In this document: in pieces, positions 12,101-18,100 of the stretch | Numbering within the stretch: position 1 is the first letter of the stretch | Layout of the letters: every line of letters begins with the position of its first letter | Source: an uncultured bacterium | Lineage (GTDB): Bacteria; Omnitrophota; Omnitrophia; Omnitrophales; JACQLI01 | Assembly: GCA_964372875.1 (NCBI GenBank) | Contig: CAYJTB010000002.1 | Span: 21,576 to 85,575, forward strand | Length of the DNA stretch: 64,000 nt | Reading direction: 5' to 3' | Notes under the pieces: generated by a model | Told to the model about the DNA's origin: nothing | The model's database searches: none | The model's input: the letters and a program-made list of their open reading frames with translations, nothing else | Translations under genes and position numbers: made by a program

Positions 12101-15100
12101 ATATTTGTAATTGCTGCTTGGATTGGAATCGAGCAGTACCGCCTGAAACACCGGCGTCATTAATCGTTTCCGCATTTCGCATCTCGGCCCTCGCCCGCTC
12201 AGGCGAGGACGGAGGAGTACCCGAATCCAACCGATTCGGGCGCACCTCGGAACGGGGGCCTTGGTTATCTTCAAACCCGCCGGCGATCTTCAAATCCTGA
12301 AGGCGATCATCAAGCCGCTCCACGGCGTAGTCAAGCCCCTGGAGAAGGTGGGCTTCCTTTTCCGGATCATTTTGCATGGAATTTTTTAAATCGGCGATCA
12401 GGGATTTGGCTTCACCGGCTTCACGGAAAATGGTTTCGACAATCTCCGGACTCACTCTCTGACCCGTATTATTGTGATGCTTCAACGCCTCCATCAGATT
12501 TCCGCGCAGCTTAATCAAGCTTTGATCCAGCAAACGGCGCAATTCCTCAGGCGTCTCGCCTCCTCCCTCAAGGGGCTCCGGAGTCGGTTGCGCCCGCACC
12601 TCAGCGCGGGGCAGCGCTAGAAACGTAGTTTTATTTAAATCAAATTTTTCTTGACTATAAAATATATCCTTGTTAAACTCTCCTTTAATGAAAGATCGAA
12701 CACGACGGCTTGAGTCTGGTAAAATGCTACTGGACGTCTCAAAGTATTTCTCGACAGTTACGGGCATCGGAAGCCTGGCGGGCGGTTCCGTGAATTGGCG
12801 GTTAGCCGCTGTAGGTCTATTCATGGCGTTCGTATCTTGGTTTGTCGGATTTGTGACAATTCCTAAAGATGAGGAAACCAAATGACTAATTTTGAAATCA
12901 CGGCCATTGGCATCGGGATATTCGCCCTGGCGGTGGGCCTGACGGTCTACCTCACCGAGCGCTGGGACTCGATGCGCCATAACTCCCGTAAGCCCAAACA
13001 CGCCTAATTTAACATCCCCGCTGTTTTTCTCACTCCGCACCTCGGCTCTCGCCCGCTCAGGCGAGGACGGAGGAGTCTCCGGCCGGTCAGCCGGAGGCAC
13101 CTCGGCTCTCGAGTCGGCGCGGGTGCGTTCCTGCCAACTCAAAATGATTTTTTGGATTTCTGGATGAAGTCGAAACGCCGCTGATCGAAACATTTCGAGC
13201 GGAGGCGCCTCCGACAATTGTAATTTTGAGTCGATTCCCTCTTTCCCCTGAGACTCTATCGATCTTTGGAACTCCGATAAAAAATAAAATGCGTAAATCC
13301 GCTGAGTAAGATTGTCTAACCCCGAGGCCCAGGCCCGAAAGTTGCCAAGGCCGAGCTGTATTTCCTTTTCAAGAATCCGGATAGGATCGCCCTGCGCCTT
13401 TAAAATTTCCTCATACCTTCCTTCGAACAATGCCCTTAGGCCCTGTGCGTCGCGCCCTTTCGCGGCACGTAAACTCGATTGAAAACGCTTGGGAAGAAAC
13501 AATCCTTTTTCCTTCCCCCACTTGATGGCTTCTTCCTGTCGCGATGTTTCATAAAATTCATTTGCCATAAGGATGGCAACAAAGCGTAGAATTTGTTCGT
13601 CATATTTTGATAAGAACCGGTTTACCGAGTCCCGGGGCCAAAAAGGTTGCGGGTTTCCCTCAAAAAGGGAAGCGGCCTCATTTCGGATGATGGGAATTCC
13701 TTCCTTCAATAGTTCCTTGTGTTCCGGATCACTCCACTTGAAAGCGGCACCCCCCCAAGCTTCACGGATGATGTCGGAGGCAAAGCCTAGAAAAAAATAA
13801 TCCAGAGAATCAAGATTTTGAATGGCATTCCATCTCCAATAAAGATGCGCATCATTGATGCGTATCGTCATGGTTCCTGATGGGTCATCTTTTTTCTTTG
13901 CGTAAATCATTCCTTGTCTTGCCAGTTCAGCAGGCAGCGGCTCCGCTTTCTTGACCGCTTCCTTATAGTTCTTGAGAACCTCGGGATGCGGGTATCCTTG
14001 TTCAATCAACCAATCAATCGTTGCCGAAATGGCTTGTTTGATACTTTCCAGATTGGGATCAACTTTGAAACGCAATTGTTTTGGCAATTTTGCCGGTGTG
14101 CTTTGGGTGGATGAAATACCTTTGAGGTCTCCGACGATTTTTACAATTTTTTCGAGTTGATCATTCGTCAGTCCTAGAATTCCCTTTTGATTTTTTATTT
14201 TTTCTTCAAGGATTCGCCGCAGCTCCTGCACGGTCAATGTTTCACTTCTGTAAAGAAGCCTCAAGCGATCTTCGTTTAAACGGTCATGAAATTTTTGTGG
14301 AATACCGCTCTTGGCTTTGATGTTATCCCTCAGCATCTCGAGCTTCCTTTTTTCGTCCGTTCCGTGAGAATCTGCCCGCATCTCGGCCCTCGCCCGCTCA
14401 GGCGAGGGCGGAGGAGTACCCGAATCCAACCGATTCGGGTGCACCTCGGACCTTCGACTCGGCTCCGTCCCGAGCGTAGTCGAGGGGCTCAGGTCAAAAA
14501 CACTCGGCCCTGAGCGAAGCCCTTCGGACTGAGTCGAACGGGCCTCGGAGCGTGAAGTTTGATTTTTATTATAATATTTATTGATATAAAATGAAACTCC
14601 TGCTAGACTCCCCAGCGCATAAGGAGCTCTATTCATGAAAGAAATCTTTTCACCCGATCGGCGGGAAGTTGCAGCACGAACGTTATTCGATACCTGGAAG
14701 CTATCCGTCCCCGCCGCTGTAGCAGGAGGGTTCTTCCTCCAATTCAATATTTTTGTTAAAATCGCATTTGTGGTAGGGCTTTTAGCCGGATTTGCCTTGG
14801 CATTTTTTATGTTCCCTCCGGAATCAAGGGGAAAAGGAGGTTGAGATGTTAGTTGCTGTGAGTATTTTATTGGTGTTGGTTCCCGCCGTCCTTCTTGCAG
14901 GAATGTATTTAGAACAGTACCTGAGGAAGCGTCGTCACCTACATTAGAAAGGAGCGGCTGAGATGGACGTTGCTTTGATTTCGATATTTGGGATCCTTGT
15001 AGTGATAGGGACGTGGTTTGGGATTGAGAAGTACCAGGAACGCCGGAAGAGACACCTTCATTAAACCTTCCGGTATTCTTCTCACTCCGCGCCTCGGAGC

Positions 15101-18100
15101 GGTTGGCACCTCGTGCTAGTTGGTCGGCTTTTTGAATTTTCTTTTTCAAGAGATTAAGGTTAGGAATCGCCTTTTCACTCGCGATCTTGTCTAAAGTTTC
15201 AAGAGCAAGTTTAGAAAAGCCATCTTCGGCAAGTTTTTCAAATGCGTCTTGACTTTGTGCCTGTTCTATTAAACCCTTCTTAAATTGTTCAACGATGTAA
15301 ATTGAAAAATCTTCAACCCCTTTTCTACGAAAGTTCGGAATCAACAAAGATTTCTTCGTCTCATCAAGAACGAAAAAATTGGAACTCCATTTCCTAATAA
15401 ATCGGATATGTGACGAATTGATAAATCTTCCGGTTTGTGGGTCTTTTCGGAAAAGATCTATCAAATATTCTTTCAATTTTGCGCCATTCTTCTCTTCTAT
15501 TATCGCCTCAAACAAAGCGTGATTTTTCCCAGCATCCTTCTCCGGATCCCCTAAATAACTAGCATCTTCAAACTCTTTTTGTAACGATGGAAAAATTTTC
15601 TTGAGCAGTAGCAGCTCTTCCTCAAACCTCTTCTTCAATCCTTTGGATTGGATAATGGGCAATGGAAGCTTCCGAAATGCTTCTATTTTTTCATCCCCCA
15701 TGCCGTAGGGATTTATATCTATCGAATTCCGAATAGCGTGAAGAGCCTGAACATTTTCGGGAATATCTAAATTCAATTTCTGAATCGCTTCCACAAAAGC
15801 AACGTCTTTAGTTCTTTCGCTCGCCCGCACCTCGGCCCTCGCCCGCTCAGGCGAGGACGGAGGAGTACCCGAATCCAACCGATTCGGGTGCACCTCGGAC
15901 CCTCGACGATCAGAAGTTAGAAGTCGGGAGTCAGATATCAGATTTGCCTCCGAGCGGGAAAACACTATTTCCTTATTCGTCAAAAATATATTGACTTTTA
16001 AGGAATATGGATATACACTCATTGCCGCAAAAGGAGAGTAAGTTTTGTTTACACCGCTTCGAAGATTTGAATATGGTAGGATGCTGTTGGCATTGATCCC
16101 CGTGCTTGTGGGCTCGGCAGTGGTAAGCCGTGTGTTTACAGAAGCACCGCCGTTCTTTAGAATAGGGGTGGTATTGCTGATATTAGTCATAAGCGTGCTT
16201 GGCTTTATTATTTTACCCGCATCAATGGAAACTAAAGAAGGGAGGCGTTGAAATGATAGATACCGCGACGGCAGCTCTTCTGGGTGTTTTTTTAATGTTG
16301 ATTGTGATGATGTCTTGGTTTGGGATCGAGAAATATCTGGAGCGGCGGAAGAAGACTCATTGATAACACCCGGCAGCTCAAAATCAGCGAGAATTTCTTT
16401 TTGAGTCGTCGGAGCGGAGCGGGCGTCTAGGACAGGCGTCTCAACCGTGATGGTTCCAAACGGGATCACGATCGGCGCGCCGTAGATATTACGAAGTGGT
16501 TTGTTTTCCACATTGTCCCACACGATAGCTTTCTCGCCCGTGCGGCTTAAAATAAGAACAAATCTTCGGTCAGAGGCGTAACTACTTTGATTGATAGCAC
16601 GAATAATTCGTGACGCCGCCATCCTCTCATCTTTTGCTGTCTCAATAATTGCCTGAAGAACACTTTTAATTTCTTGAATAATGATTTTGGGCCGGACGTT
16701 TTGATCACGCGTTGTCATCCGCATCCGGATGGCATTGGAGATTTCTTTGATCGCAGGCTCGAGGTAGTTTACATCAAACGAGGTTTTCTTTTCGCCGAGA
16801 AGAGACGAGATGTAATCTTGAGACGAAGTTTTTTCTGTGATGCGCGGAGAGAGGATCGTGTAAGAAATTCCTTTTTTTCGGAAGGCGCGCGAGAGTCCGT
16901 CGGCGTGGAAACCGCCGGTGATGAGGACGGTGACGCCGTTCTCCCTCATCTTGCTCTTCTCCTCCCGAGGGGGAGAAGAGACAGTTGAGGGGGGATTTAA
17001 TATTTTTTCCACCATCACATCTTCACGTTTTTTGGCAAGTTGGTAGAAACGCATTGCCTGTTGGTAAAGATATTCAATCGCCCGGATGTTCGCAGGAATG
17101 ATTTGAGACGGACCCAAGTTTGTTTTGTCATGAAGAGATTGCATATCAATAAGGTAACGGACAAGCGGGCGGTCGATCGTTTCAGCTTGCTGGATTTTGA
17201 CGTAATCTTTGGGCGTAAGTTCCAAGTCAAAGAGCCGCTCGAAAAGTCCGCCGCGCTGGGCAAGCCCGACCAGTTTTAATTCTTCCGGTTGGGCAGCAAC
17301 GGCTTGGATTAGATTTTGAAAGAGCCGCTCGATTTCACCAAAAAGCCGTTCCGCATCGAGTTCGCTTTGTAAAACAGCCGCCTCCAAATAATGTGTGAAG
17401 TAGGGATAGTGATCAAAAGAAAATCCCTTATCGACTGTGGAGACTACAAGGTATTCCGCCAAATAACGCGGCAGATCATTTTTATTAAAACCAGGATCGT
17501 AGACCATTCCCGTTTGGTAAGGGGAGAACGAGAGGTTTTCAAAGGCGTGGACAAGAACGGGATGAACCCCGATTTCTTTTAAGTCAGCGATTAATTTTTG
17601 ACGGTCCGTTTGAATTCGTTCAGGATCAAGGCCCGACTCCGCCTCCTGAAGCCTCAAGAGCCTGATCATCTGCGGCCAGTCTTTTTGGCTCTCAAAGTTT
17701 CTAAGATCCACGCCCAGAATTTGTTTGGTTCTTCGCTCGAGTTCAAAGGCATAAGAGAGAAGTTCCATCTGGCCGGCCTCAAAAGATTCATTCGTTCGGA
17801 GCAGTGTTCTCGTATGAGGCGTTAGCAGATGAGTTCCAAGCCGGTCGAGTTCGCCGTCCAGTCCTTTGGTGAAAGTATTCGTTTCATTTTGCCGGCTCAT
17901 TACAATTTGAAAACTCTCTAGGTTATCCCGGTAAAGATCAGGATCTTCAATTCCGTAGGCGGGGATTTTTTCCTGTGATTCAATGAGGAAAAGTTCCGCT
18001 CCCGTCAGTTCGCCCTTTTCAACAAGCTTTTGGGCAACCTCCACGTTCAACTGGTTTTGATCAAAAAATTTGAAGTAGTCGGGGTTGAGTTTTTCGCCGG

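Noticed and set aside
10389-14513. + strand ORFs 10389-10757, 11520-11702 and 14286-14513 (…HLGPRPLRRGRRSTRIQPIRVHLGPSTRLRPERSRGAQVKNTRP)
   Set aside because: They are simply the antisense translation of the repeat element, recurring because the DNA repeat recurs. No SD is present and they are Arg/Pro-rich GC artefacts.
10268-15910. The seven near-identical repeats considered as a CRISPR array
   Set aside because: Spacing is irregular (0.3-1.5 kb). The units are 80-180 bp with internal hairpins. They sit in-frame inside a CDS. No cas genes are present.
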